From contig PCYI01000019.1 in assembly GCA_002774795.1 (NCBI GenBank), positions 65,480 to 108,290 on the forward strand: a stretch of 42,811 bases of DNA. Reading direction: 5' to 3'. A program made the position numbers and the translations under genes. This document shows, piece by piece, positions 8,777-16,906 of this stretch. Within the stretch, counting starts at the first letter, position 1; every line of letters starts with the position of its first letter. A model generated the notes under the pieces. That model ran no database searches. It was given only the letters and a program-made list of their open reading frames with translations, and was not told where the DNA came from. This stretch comes from Candidatus Vogelbacteria bacterium CG10_big_fil_rev_8_21_14_0_10_51_16 (GTDB lineage Bacteria > Patescibacteriota > Minisyncoccia > Phycocordibacterales > JACRKE01).

Positions 8777-10216
8777 TTAGATGGCATTGGGAAGTTCCTT
8801 GTTCTTCTTAATGGCTATGATACCGAGTTCCTGAAGCTGTTCGAAAGAGGCACTTGTGGGCACTCCCATAGTGGCCAGCCTACCATTTCCTGTCATCGGG
8901 AAGGCGATCACCTCTCTCACCGATTGTTCTCCAAGAAGTGCCATCAGAAATCTGTCTATACCCGGCGCGATGCCACCGTGGGGCGGCACTCCGTACGAGA
9001 AGGCATCAAGCATGTGATTAAACTCGGCTTTTTGCGTTTCGTTAAAACCAATGAGATCAAACACCTTTTTTTGTATTTTGGCATCATGGATACGGATACT
9101 GCCCCCGCCCACCTCAAAGCCATTTAACACCATGTCGTGTTGAAGTCCGCGTACCAAGGTTGGATCAGTGTCTAGAAGCGTCACGTCTTCCGGGTGGGGT
9201 GAAGTAAACATATGGTGCGATGGGGCAAAGGTTGCCTTTCCGGACCCATGGAAGAAATCGTCTTCGGACTGTTCGGTAAATAAGGGGAAATCCAGAGTCC
9301 AGGCGAAGGCAAGCTCGTTTGGGTCTTCTTTGTTTTTACGCAGGTCTGGTTTGTCTGTACCGTACTTCACTACGGCATCTCTGTGAGTAAGTCTCGGCCA
9401 AGGCTTTTCCGAAATATGCTTCTCCGGGAAAAGAGCTTCCACCATATCGGTAAAAAGCCCTTCCGCGAGCACCAAGATGTCTTCTTGTTCAACGAAAGAC
9501 ATCTCAATATCTAATTGGGTAAACTCGCCGTATGCTCTATCGGCTCTCGGGTCTTCATCCCTAAAACATCTTGCGAGTTGAAAGTACCTCTCAATACCTG
9601 CGACCATCAGCAGTTGTTTGTACTGTTGAGGGCTTTGGGGAAGGGCGTAAAAACTACCCGGGACTTTTCTTGCTGGCACCAAAAAGTCTCGCGCACCTTC
9701 AGGTGTGGTTTTTGTAAGTATAGGAGTGGATACTTCTGTAAATCTTCGGGCGGTGAGATACTCTCTCACGAACTTGCCGACCATCGCCTGCGCGCGCATA
9801 TTTCGAAGCATCCTCGGCCTCCTTAAGTCTAGATGTCTATGTTTCAGTCTTAACTCTTCGTTTATATCCATGCCGTCTCCTCGCAGGTCGAATGGCGGAG
9901 TGAGAGAGGGGTTTATTACTGTAAGACTGGTGGCCTCTATTTCTATGTCGCCATTTGGCTCGTCTTTGTTTACGAGTTTCTCTGGTCGGGCATGCACCAA
10001 CCCTTCTATCTCCACTACCCACTCACTGCGTATCTCTTCGGCGCTACTTTTCAAATCTTTATGGCTAGGTAGGAGCACGGTCTGCACATGGCCGGAAACA
10101 TCTCGTATGTCAAAAAAAACAAGCTTGCCGTGGTCGCGTCTCACGCTCACCCATCCTTTAATTAGAACGGGTTTCTCTATATATTGATGCAGTTCGTCGA
10201 TAAATACTCTTTTCAT
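8777..10216 (-). CDS. aspS: Aspartyl-tRNA synthetase, short archaeal/eukaryal-type architecture (no GAD insertion)
   Basis: OB-fold N-terminus, class II motifs (FRDEDPRADR, GGGSIRIHD, GIAPGIDR). Start moved to the ATG at 10216 (MKRVFIDEL); the track ORF begins at an upstream GTG. Confidence 0.9.
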   Translation of the reverse strand: MKRVFIDELHQYIEKPVLIKGWVSVRRDHGKLVFFDIRDVSGHVQTVLLPSHKDLKSSAEEIRSEWVVEIEGLVHARPEKLVNKDEPNGDIEIEATSLTVINPSLTPPFDLRGDGMDINEELRLKHRHLDLRRPRMLRNMRAQAMVGKFVREYLTARRFTEVSTPILTKTTPEGARDFLVPARKVPGSFYALPQSPQQYKQLLMVAGIERYFQLARCFRDEDPRADRAYGEFTQLDIEMSFVEQEDILVLAEGLFTDMVEALFPEKHISEKPWPRLTHRDAVVKYGTDKPDLRKNKEDPNELAFAWTLDFPLFTEQSEDDFFHGSGKATFAPSHHMFTSPHPEDVTLLDTDPTLVRGLQHDMVLNGFEVGGGSIRIHDAKIQKKVFDLIGFNETQKAEFNHMLDAFSYGVPPHGGIAPGIDRFLMALLGEQSVREVIAFPMTGNGRLATMGVPTSASFEQLQELGIIAIKKNKELPNAI

Positions 10217-10390
10217 AATCGGTCCGGAAAAAACACGAAACCCAAACCTCACAAAACTCCAAAGAACGCAAACGCATTTACTTGTATTGGTCTATGCAAA
10301 ATGACATCTTGTAAACCTTAAGCGTGAATCATGTTTGCGTAGGTCCTACGACATTTACTTTTGGAGCTTTGTGCTTTGTGCTTTGTGTTT

Positions 10391-11446
10391 TTAAAAATAG
10401 TCTATCTTCATCGCTCTTTTAACTTCCGCGAGAGTTTTGGTCGCCACCTCTCTTACCTGCTCGGTCCCCGCCTTCAAGATTCCCAGGACATGGTCGGGAT
10501 TCTTGGCCAGGTAGTTGCGTTGCTCACGGATGGGTGCGACCACCTCCTCTATGACTCCCGTAAGGCGGCGTTTTATTTCCATGTCGCCTAGTCCCCCAGC
10601 TCGGTAGCGGGCCTTAAGGTCTTCTACTGCTGTTTGGTTTGGGTCGAATACATCGAGATAGTCAAACACCACATTACCTTCAACTTTGCCAGGTTGCTCG
10701 ACATGAATGTGGTCTGGGTCAGTGTACATTGCCATCACCTTTTCCTCAATCTGCTCGCGACTGTCCGAGAGATAGATGCAATTGCCGAGACTTTTACCCA
10801 TTTTGGCCCCTCCATCGGTGCCGGATAGACGGGCCTTTGGGGGGATGACGGCCGTGACCCGCGGGAACACTTCCCCATAGAGAGCGTTAAACTTGTCCAC
10901 AATCTCATTGGTCTGCTCAATCATCGGCTTTTGGTCTTCGCCCACCGGCACCACGTTCGCCTTCACAAAAAGAATATCGGCCGCCTGCGAGACCGGATAG
11001 CATAGAAAGCCGGCCGGCACGCTCGCACGGGAGACTAGCTCACCGGGGGTGGCTTTGTCGGCCGCGGCGCGGTCAAATTCAAAGCCCTTGTCACGCATTT
11101 CGGCGCGGACAGTGGGGTTTTGGGTTAAACGAGAAACGGTCACTAGGTTCAAAAAGAAAATAGTGAGCTCGGCAATCTCCGGAATCATGGACTGTACGAA
11201 GAAAGTGGTCTTTGTCGGGTCCACGCCGGCGGCGATGTTGTCGATGGTGGTCTCGAGGATATTGTTACGCACCTTTTCCGGTTTATCGGCATTGTCTGTT
11301 AGGGCCTGAACGTCGGCCACCATCACGTACTGCTTGTACTCGTCTTGAAGTTTGACGCGGTTCTTTAGCGAGCCCACAAAGTGGCCCAAATGAAGCCGGC
11401 CCGTCGGTCGGTCACCCGTCAGTGCTATTTTTCGCTGTTCCGCCAT
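10391..11446 (-). CDS. trpS: Tryptophanyl-tRNA synthetase
   Basis: GRLHLGHFVG (HIGH-type) and KMGKS (KMSKS-type) motifs, and class Ic length (351 aa). Start placed at the ATG at 11446 (MAEQRKIALTGD); the upstream extension looks non-coding. Confidence 0.9.
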   Translation of the reverse strand: MAEQRKIALTGDRPTGRLHLGHFVGSLKNRVKLQDEYKQYVMVADVQALTDNADKPEKVRNNILETTIDNIAAGVDPTKTTFFVQSMIPEIAELTIFFLNLVTVSRLTQNPTVRAEMRDKGFEFDRAAADKATPGELVSRASVPAGFLCYPVSQAADILFVKANVVPVGEDQKPMIEQTNEIVDKFNALYGEVFPRVTAVIPPKARLSGTDGGAKMGKSLGNCIYLSDSREQIEEKVMAMYTDPDHIHVEQPGKVEGNVVFDYLDVFDPNQTAVEDLKARYRAGGLGDMEIKRRLTGVIEEVVAPIREQRNYLAKNPDHVLGILKAGTEQVREVATKTLAEVKRAMKIDYF

Positions 11447-11513
11447 GTTGCATGTATCATAGCAGGCATTATGAGTAAAGGTAAAGGCCGGGATGAGGCT
11501 CAATAATCGTCCG

Positions 11514-11547
11514 GTAAAGTTCAACTTTGCGTAAAGTTGAACTTTAC
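11514..11547. repeat. Perfect palindrome, 15-bp arms with a 4-nt loop, in the trpS 5' flank
   Basis: GTAAAGTTCAACTTT GCGT AAAGTTGAACTTTAC, read directly from the sequence. Confidence 0.8.
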
Positions 11548-11694
11548 ATCGCCCCGACCAAGCCTAAACAAAAAAAACACCAGTTGCCTGATGTGCTTTT
11601 TGTGTGAGTCGATTGAAGGGGGTACCTCCTTTCGCGTATCGACTCGGGACGCGCCACCGGTGGGGTGGACTTGATTCACGGCTGACCGGCCGAC

Positions 11695-12018
11695 TTAGTC
11701 GTTGCCGTGGGCGATAGTGTTCAGGCGGCGGCGCATGGCTTTCTCTTCGAGTTTGAGAGCTGCTTCCTTGATTGCGTCGCTGTTGCAGGACTCGGCGAGG
11801 AGACAGAGTTCGTGGTTGTAGGTGAATTCGCCGAGGATCTTGCTCAGGAACGCACATGCTACACCGATTGCCTGTATTCGGCTGATACCAGTTTCCGTTT
11901 CGAGTTCTCTTGCCCCGTCACCTACGGCCTTGTTGAGCGTGAGCAAGGCAGGGGCACTCACTCTCTCGACGATCACCTTGATGGCCTCTTGCTTGTATTG
12001 GGTGTCCTCCGATATCAT
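11695..12018 (-). CDS. Hypothetical protein, 107 aa, predicted soluble and helical (cassette 1, gene 4)
   Basis: AAAGGAG lies 4 nt upstream of the ATG. The start overlaps the upstream stop as ATGA. The longer 202-aa track ORF is an out-of-frame overlap with the upstream gene and was trimmed. Confidence 0.55.
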   Translation of the reverse strand: MISEDTQYKQEAIKVIVERVSAPALLTLNKAVGDGARELETETGISRIQAIGVACAFLSKILGEFTYNHELCLLAESCNSDAIKEAALKLEEKAMRRRLNTIAHGND

Positions 12019-12377
12019 TTCACTCCTTTCCGCCAGAGGCGGGGGTAAGGGTACTTGTCCGGCGGCGGGACCAGCGACCCGAAGTCGCACAGGAATCCCT
12101 TCTTCCAGAAGGTGAGCCGATGCCACACCGGCCGGTCTTCGCCCTGGAGCGACTTCGCATATGCCCACCTGTAGTAGTTTTCGTAGCCGAATGTGACCGG
12201 GCCGCCGCTCGAATGGATGAAGTCCATCAGGTCGAGCGAGCGGACGACAGTCTCCGCGAACTCGGAGCATTGGCCCCAAGCGCGCAGTTGGTCGTTTCCC
12301 CACGAACTCGCGAGGAACAGCGCCACGATGATGGGGGTTATGGCGGCTATGCTCGCCGTCCGTTTCAGCTCGTACAT
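12015..12377 (-). CDS. Hypothetical protein, 120 aa, with N-terminal hydrophobic anchor or signal (cassette 1, gene 3)
   Basis: GGAAGGAG lies 5 nt upstream of the ATG. The N-terminus IAAITPIIVALFLASSW is hydrophobic. The rest is rich in W, Y and P. Confidence 0.6.
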   Translation of the reverse strand: MYELKRTASIAAITPIIVALFLASSWGNDQLRAWGQCSEFAETVVRSLDLMDFIHSSGGPVTFGYENYYRWAYAKSLQGEDRPVWHRLTFWKKGFLCDFGSLVPPPDKYPYPRLWRKGVK

Positions 12378-12447
12378 CTTTTCTCCTTCCGTCAGCCGGG
12401 CGGTCTGGCCTCCCGGCGGGTTGGGGTAGTGGCTGTGGGGCGTGCGA

Positions 12448-13065
12448 CTACTCGCTCCCGTCGACTGTGCGGCGGCTGATGTCTACGAACGCACCCGAGA
12501 ATGTAATCCCTGTCATAGAACTGATTTCGCCGTAGTACTTAACTTGCCCTTCAAGCGGACCGAGCTCTGTTTCCTGCTCCGCTTTGGCGACGAGCACCTT
12601 CACGAATGCGACAAGACGAGCCAGCTCGATGGGAGTTATGGAGTACCCATCTCCCTTGTATACCACGAAGACTCCGGAGCCGACGCCTTTGAATTTCCAC
12701 GGGCCGAGTTCGAAGTTGCACTGGGGCTTGGAGATGTCGGACGCCATCTCCTTCATGTTCTCGGCGATGGCGCCGAGGGCACGCGGGAGAGTCTCCTTGT
12801 CGTTCAGTGCCTTGGCCACGGCCTCGTGGCCGTGAGGGGTGGCGGGTTGTGCGGTGCCCGCCGTTCCGTCCTGATTGCCGGAGCCGACAGTCATGAGGAA
12901 TGCCAAGGTTCCTGCAAGAACTAATAGCAGGAAGACCAGCCCTATGGCTAGATACGCGATGTCTCCAATCCTGTTTCGATACTTTCTCACGAGTGCTCCT
13001 TTCTGTTTCCGCCAGGGGCGGGTGTTTGGGTTCTCGTCGCGGGAGTTTTCACACATGCTGAACAT
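12448..13065 (-). CDS. Hypothetical single-pass membrane protein, about 205 aa (cassette 1, gene 2)
   Basis: Basic N-terminus, then TM segment IAYLAIGLVFLLLVLAGTLAFLMTV, then a 130-aa domain. Start placed at the ATG at 13065. AAAGGAGAGG lies upstream, but the 16-nt spacing is long, so the start is uncertain. Confidence 0.5.
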   Translation of the reverse strand: MFSMCENSRDENPNTRPWRKQKGALVRKYRNRIGDIAYLAIGLVFLLLVLAGTLAFLMTVGSGNQDGTAGTAQPATPHGHEAVAKALNDKETLPRALGAIAENMKEMASDISKPQCNFELGPWKFKGVGSGVFVVYKGDGYSITPIELARLVAFVKVLVAKAEQETELGPLEGQVKYYGEISSMTGITFSGAFVDISRRTVDGSE

Positions 13066-13468
13066 CCCGTGGTCGAAGTTTCCTCTCCTTTTCTCGCGGC
13101 GGGTAGGTGGCGTCGCCCGGGGCGGCGCCAATGAAGCGCACTCGGCCCTCGACCTCTTTTGGTGAGGGTATGGCTACGCTTAGGTTACTCTTCAGTAAGT
13201 CATCGAGTACTTTACCGATGGCCGTGGCCAGCAGTTCCGTGGCTTTGGCGTCAGACCTCGTGTCGGAATAGAAGAGGTCATCCACCTCGAATAGCACCGG
13301 CTCGGTAGGAAAAGGATAGACCTCGGAGACGAAGCGCACGGTGACCTGCTCTTCGGTAACCTGGAGGACCTCTACATTCGCGACCGCCCGCTTGATATTC
13401 TTTTGCGCGAGGTATACCTCTGTTCGGTTCAGGAATTGCGTGAGTCCATACACCTTCACCGTGAACAT
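13049..13468 (-). CDS. Hypothetical protein, 139 aa, soluble (cassette 1, gene 1)
   Basis: AAAGGAGAG lies 6 nt upstream of the ATG at 13468 (MFTVKVYGL). Third codon positions are rich in G and C. Confidence 0.55.
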   Translation of the reverse strand: MFTVKVYGLTQFLNRTEVYLAQKNIKRAVANVEVLQVTEEQVTVRFVSEVYPFPTEPVLFEVDDLFYSDTRSDAKATELLATAIGKVLDDLLKSNLSVAIPSPKEVEGRVRFIGAAPGDATYPPREKERKLRPRDVQHV

Positions 13469-13725
13469 GTTGTGCTCTCCTTTCGGCCGTATGGGCCGGT
13501 TCCGGTTGAGTTTCCAGTCCAACTAAATTGTCAAGGCCAGACCGTCAAGAAACAGGCATCGAGGCCTTGCCTCTAAATGCAACAGGAAGGAGGGCTTCTT
13601 TTTTCTGACAGTCTAGTGTGGCTAAGCTAGTAATATTAAATCACATTAGTAGCACACATGCAAAGGGTGTAGCGCCACTACTTATGAGGCCGAAATATGG
13701 TTTTTCGTCGTGGAGATGAAATGTC

Positions 13726-14625
13726 CTACCTTCTATAAAACGAAAGGATGGTTTTGAAGTCGTCGGGCGGGAGGGTGAAGGCGGCCGCAGCCGGGTGGCC
13801 GCCACCCCCGAAGCTCTCGGCTATTTTGGCCACGTTGACCGTGCCGTCGGAGCGCAGGGAGACCACGAGTTTCCCGGGCCGTTTCCACCAGATGATGGCC
13901 ACGGGGGCACGTGGACCTACCTCACCCCCCGCCCTCTCCTGACTAGGAGAGGGGGCAATACCCGAATACATCTTATGGCCGAGCTCGGACTGCCAGAGAG
14001 GGGCGTTTATGATGAGGGCTTCGTGGCCATCTATCTTGCCTCGCTCGGCAATTTTAAAAAGGTCGTCTATTTTGTTTGCCCGATAGGCGAGCAGAAGCTT
14101 ACCTTGCGCGATAAGCTCTCTTTGCTTAGTTTTATTCTCGAGCTTAAGCATAAATCTGCCCCAGGCTCCAAAGTCCATTTCTATAAGACCAAGAGCGGCG
14201 AGAATTGCTTTACTGTTAGCTAGCTTCCAGCGCCATAGGTCACCGTCCTCGATGTGGCGCAAAAGCTTAGGTACAGGTTTGTCCGGGTGGAAGAACTGCC
14301 ACGCGAGGAAGGCACCAGAGTGCCCGAGGTTAAAGACGCGCGTGTTCGCGAGCTTGCTCGCCTCTTCGCCTGTGCCGTGGTGATCGATAACGGTGATGCT
14401 TGATGCCTTGCGCTTAAGGGTGTGCATGGAGGCTTCTGGTAGGGCAAGGTCGAGAAGGTAGACATCCGCACCTGTGACGACGTTGGGGATGTTGTCTTTG
14501 TGGTAGTAGGCAATATAGTCGGCCTTGGCGCCAAACTTCTTCCAGGCCGCCCACGCGGCTCCAAAGCCGTCATCACAGTGTTTGTGGTAGAAGATCACTG
14601 TCCTCTTTTTGGAGTTTTGTGTCAT
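13726..14625 (-). CDS. DHH/DHHA1 family phosphoesterase (NrnA-like)
   Basis: 299 aa. HCDDGFGAAWA, VIDHHGTG (DHH motif) and FGGGGHPAAAAF (DHHA1 GGGH motif). Confidence 0.85.
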   Translation of the reverse strand: MTQNSKKRTVIFYHKHCDDGFGAAWAAWKKFGAKADYIAYYHKDNIPNVVTGADVYLLDLALPEASMHTLKRKASSITVIDHHGTGEEASKLANTRVFNLGHSGAFLAWQFFHPDKPVPKLLRHIEDGDLWRWKLANSKAILAALGLIEMDFGAWGRFMLKLENKTKQRELIAQGKLLLAYRANKIDDLFKIAERGKIDGHEALIINAPLWQSELGHKMYSGIAPSPSQERAGGEVGPRAPVAIIWWKRPGKLVVSLRSDGTVNVAKIAESFGGGGHPAAAAFTLPPDDFKTILSFYRR

Positions 14626-14645
14626 TTGTGTTTTGTGTCTTTTTG

Positions 14646-15683
14646 CTATAACACCGGTTGGAGAATATCTATGAGTTTGCCAAGAGCCTTATGGTACCAT
14701 TTAGGATGCCAGTCCAGCTTTTCGTAAGGGATGGATTGAAGTTTCCATCTCGCGACTATGCGCTCAAGGTCTGCAACCAGTCTTTTTTGCCGGAAGACGG
14801 CCCCCATTTCCACGTTATGGTCAAAAGAGAGCGCGTCAATGTTTTGTGAGCCGATCATTCCCTCTATGTCATCCACAAGAAGAGCTTTGGCGTGGATCAT
14901 CTCTTTTGTAAAAAAGAAGTGCAGGCCTTTTCGATATAAGCGCTCCGCTTGGATATAATTTACCACAGAACCTATCTTTGGGTCAGTGTCGCGTGGCAGG
15001 ATAACCTCCACACTCACCCCGCGTCGCTTTGCTCGCAACAAGGCATCGATGAGCCACCGATGCGGAATAAAGTATGGGCTTACAATGACGAGTCTTTGCT
15101 TGGCCGTCCGGATACGCGCTTCATAATGCTTGCGCAGACCAAGTTTTCCCAGAAGAGGCCAATGTTCGACTAGGCGCATTTTCAATCTTTTTACTGGGCC
15201 GTCCGCTTGTTTCATTTCAAGTAGGCGTTTGTCTAGGCCTCCACAGAGCGCGTACGACTTCGCAAAGCTACGCAAGAGAGTATTCACAAAGCGGCCCGAA
15301 ACGCGCATTTGTAAATCGAGCCAGCGAATGTACTGCTTTCCTACGTTTACCCCTCCAAAGAAGGCTACTCTTTCATCAATAATCAAGAGCTTTCGATGGA
15401 TGCGGCGAAACCAAGAGGAAAAAAAGAGAAGCTCGACACCAGCTGAGATGAGCTTTGCGCGCTCCTCTCTAGGAAGATCGGCTGACCCGAATCCGTCTAG
15501 AATGATGACTACACGCAGACCTTCTCGCGCTTTACGGGCGAAGATCTCTATGAAATCGTGCGCGGGAAGGACGTCGTTGCGAAAGATGTATGACTCCCAA
15601 TAAATGGAGTGCCGCGCGGCTTCCGTTGCCTTATACATGGCATCGATGGCACTGCCGGAGAGATGGTATATCTTTGAGGACAT
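14646..15683 (-). CDS. Phospholipase D superfamily enzyme with two HKD motifs (cardiolipin/phosphatidylserine synthase-like)
   Basis: HRKLLIIDERVAFFGGVN and HAKALLVDDIEGMIGSQN. Start moved to the ATG at 15683 (MSSKIYHL). The 42-codon upstream extension in the track translates CACAAA-type repeat DNA. Confidence 0.85.
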   Translation of the reverse strand: MSSKIYHLSGSAIDAMYKATEAARHSIYWESYIFRNDVLPAHDFIEIFARKAREGLRVVIILDGFGSADLPREERAKLISAGVELLFFSSWFRRIHRKLLIIDERVAFFGGVNVGKQYIRWLDLQMRVSGRFVNTLLRSFAKSYALCGGLDKRLLEMKQADGPVKRLKMRLVEHWPLLGKLGLRKHYEARIRTAKQRLVIVSPYFIPHRWLIDALLRAKRRGVSVEVILPRDTDPKIGSVVNYIQAERLYRKGLHFFFTKEMIHAKALLVDDIEGMIGSQNIDALSFDHNVEMGAVFRQKRLVADLERIVARWKLQSIPYEKLDWHPKWYHKALGKLIDILQPVL

Positions 15684-15687
15684 AATG

Positions 15688-15886
15688 CTACAAAAGCACA
15701 AAACACAAATCGCACAAAACTCTAAAGGTAGCAGAATACAAGAGGGGCACAAAGCACAAAAAGCAAACAAAATACCAAAACACAAATCACAGATGTAACT
15801 AAACTCCAAGGAGTACTAGCCGGTGTCTGCTTCAGATACTTTTGCTAATTTTTGGAGTTTTGTGTCATTTGTGTTTTGTGCTTTGA
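15688..15886. repeat. Inverted copies of the CACAAAG/TTTGTGC word repeat, forming a long intergenic hairpin
   Basis: CACAAA-rich arm at 15688-15795. Opposing TTTGGAGTTTTGTGTCATTTGTGTTTTGTGCTTTGA at 15851-15886 shares TTTTTGGAGTTTTGTGTCATTTGTGTTTTGTG (32 nt, identical) with 14606-14637. Confidence 0.7.
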
Positions 15887-15891
15887 CTTAA

Positions 15892-16566
15892 TCATAGGTC
15901 TCTTATCTTTTCCATCAGTCGATGGGCGACCAGGCGATGGTCTTCGAGGGTGTAGACAGTTTTCTCTTGAATTAGGTCACAAAGGGCAAGAGGCTTTCCA
16001 AATGTGAGACTCATGCTGAGGCGCCAGGTAAAAAACTTGCCTGCGCTAAATGGTCCAGAGTGTCTTAGGCGCACAGGAATGATAGTCGCTCCCGCCTCTG
16101 CCGCCAGGTATGAAACGCCTGGCTTTGGTGGTGGATAAAGAGCGGCCCTCCGAAGCATTCCCTCTGGAAAGATGCACACGTTTTTTCTTTTTTGTAAAAG
16201 ACGAAGGTGGTGAGCGAGTGTTTTTGATAAGTCTTGCTGTCCGATTAGCGCGGGGTACGCACCCCACGCCTTAAAGATAGAGCCCCCGGCGATAAACGCC
16301 CATGGTCCAAGGTGCTTGTATTCAGAAGCGGGTAAGGAGACAAAGAAAAGTGGCAAAACATTCGAAAAAAAAGGCAAGGCAGAAGCAATGAAAATAGGAT
16401 CTAACTCCCACGCGTGGTTACTCGCAAATATAATCCCCGCCTTCCTCCGCTTTAGGAGAAGAACATTGCCTACCCCACTTACTCGATAGTGTAGAAATAT
16501 AAAAAACAGGACCCTTATTGGAAGCCACACAAGACGCTGAAGAAGTTCGGTGATATAGATCAGCAT
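15892..16566 (-). CDS. plsC: 1-acyl-sn-glycerol-3-phosphate acyltransferase family protein
   Basis: 224 aa. NHAWELDP (HX4D-type block) and IFPEG motif, with an N-terminal hydrophobic segment. Confidence 0.75.
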   Translation of the reverse strand: MLIYITELLQRLVWLPIRVLFFIFLHYRVSGVGNVLLLKRRKAGIIFASNHAWELDPIFIASALPFFSNVLPLFFVSLPASEYKHLGPWAFIAGGSIFKAWGAYPALIGQQDLSKTLAHHLRLLQKRKNVCIFPEGMLRRAALYPPPKPGVSYLAAEAGATIIPVRLRHSGPFSAGKFFTWRLSMSLTFGKPLALCDLIQEKTVYTLEDHRLVAHRLMEKIRDL

Positions 16567-16611
16567 CTTTTAATTATACCACAACAACGCTATCTTGTGA
16601 ATGTCTAAGCA

Positions 16612-16815
16612 GTTAACCCCTCACACCTCTCACGACTCGCAAGTGTTATCCCGTTGGAGAACGGCCCGCCGGCCATTGCCTAAGCACAGCGATGGCGGGC
16701 AGGGATCCAGGTTCAACCAGGGGCTGGATCCCTGCCCGCCGCAGGCACGCCGGCCGGAGCTTACCCCGTACCGGATACGGGGCCAGGATGACATACTTGG
16801 GGTGTGATGGGTTAC
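16612..16815. repeat. Nested palindromic (MITE-like) element, copy B, the longest version
   Basis: Terminal inverted repeats GTTAACCCCTCACACC and GGTGTGATGGGTTAC. Central GGGATCCAGGTTCAACC..GGATCCC hairpin plus extra GC-rich nested palindromes. Confidence 0.7.
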
Positions 16816-16906
16816 TCTATGAAAAAGCTGTGGAGGCAGCTCTCACCTGTCGTATTCTCTACGCCCTATTACGCCCTATGCTCTACGCGCCCTATGCCCT
16901 ATTTAA

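Noticed and set aside
11447-11700. Possible T-box riboswitch leader upstream of trpS. The CACCGGTGGCGCG segment vaguely resembles the GGTGGTACCGCG T-box core and is followed by an 8-bp stem.
   Set aside because: The T-box motif is incomplete. I could not identify a specifier loop, stem I elements or a convincing terminator/antiterminator alternative. No comparable sequence lies upstream of alaS, leuS or aspS.
11695-12303. The 202-aa version of the last cassette 1 ORF, together with other overlapping frames in the cassette (11564-11857, 11707-12048, 11822-12115, 12120-12479, 12442-12924).
   Set aside because: GC-rich DNA keeps many frames open. Only the trimmed 107-aa frame has an SD site and an ATGA coupling to the upstream gene. 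The other frames give R/P/G-rich nonsense and overlap the better-supported genes.
13049-13468. Resemblance of cassette 1 gene 1 (MFTVKVYGL..., beta-alpha-beta-like start) to tautomerase-superfamily proteins.
   Set aside because: The catalytic N-terminal proline is absent, and the similarity is only an impression of secondary-structure pattern. This is not enough to call.
11560-13540. Using GC content alone to define the three cassettes as horizontally acquired.
   Set aside because: Hand counts of backbone lines ranged from 38 to 67 percent GC; parts of the M23 peptidase gene, alaS and hppA are GC-rich. Composition is therefore only supportive. The SD-site contrast and the orphan status of the genes carry the argument.
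13523-13725. The 200-nt non-coding gap between cassette 1 and the DHH gene, checked for a tRNA, another small RNA gene or a clear promoter.
   Set aside because: I saw no cloverleaf-compatible segments. There are only a 7-bp stem (CAAGGCC..GGCCTTG) and weak -35/-10 candidates (TTGACG-17-TAGTTG). Nothing is strong enough to annotate.
14646-15809. N-terminal extensions in the track ORFs of the PLD gene (to 15809), mnmA (to 33460), aspS (to 10252), trpS (to 11524) and the 410-aa membrane protein (to 35908).
   Set aside because: The extensions translate repeat DNA or begin at GTG/TTG. An internal ATG reproduces the family-typical N-terminus, so the starts were trimmed.
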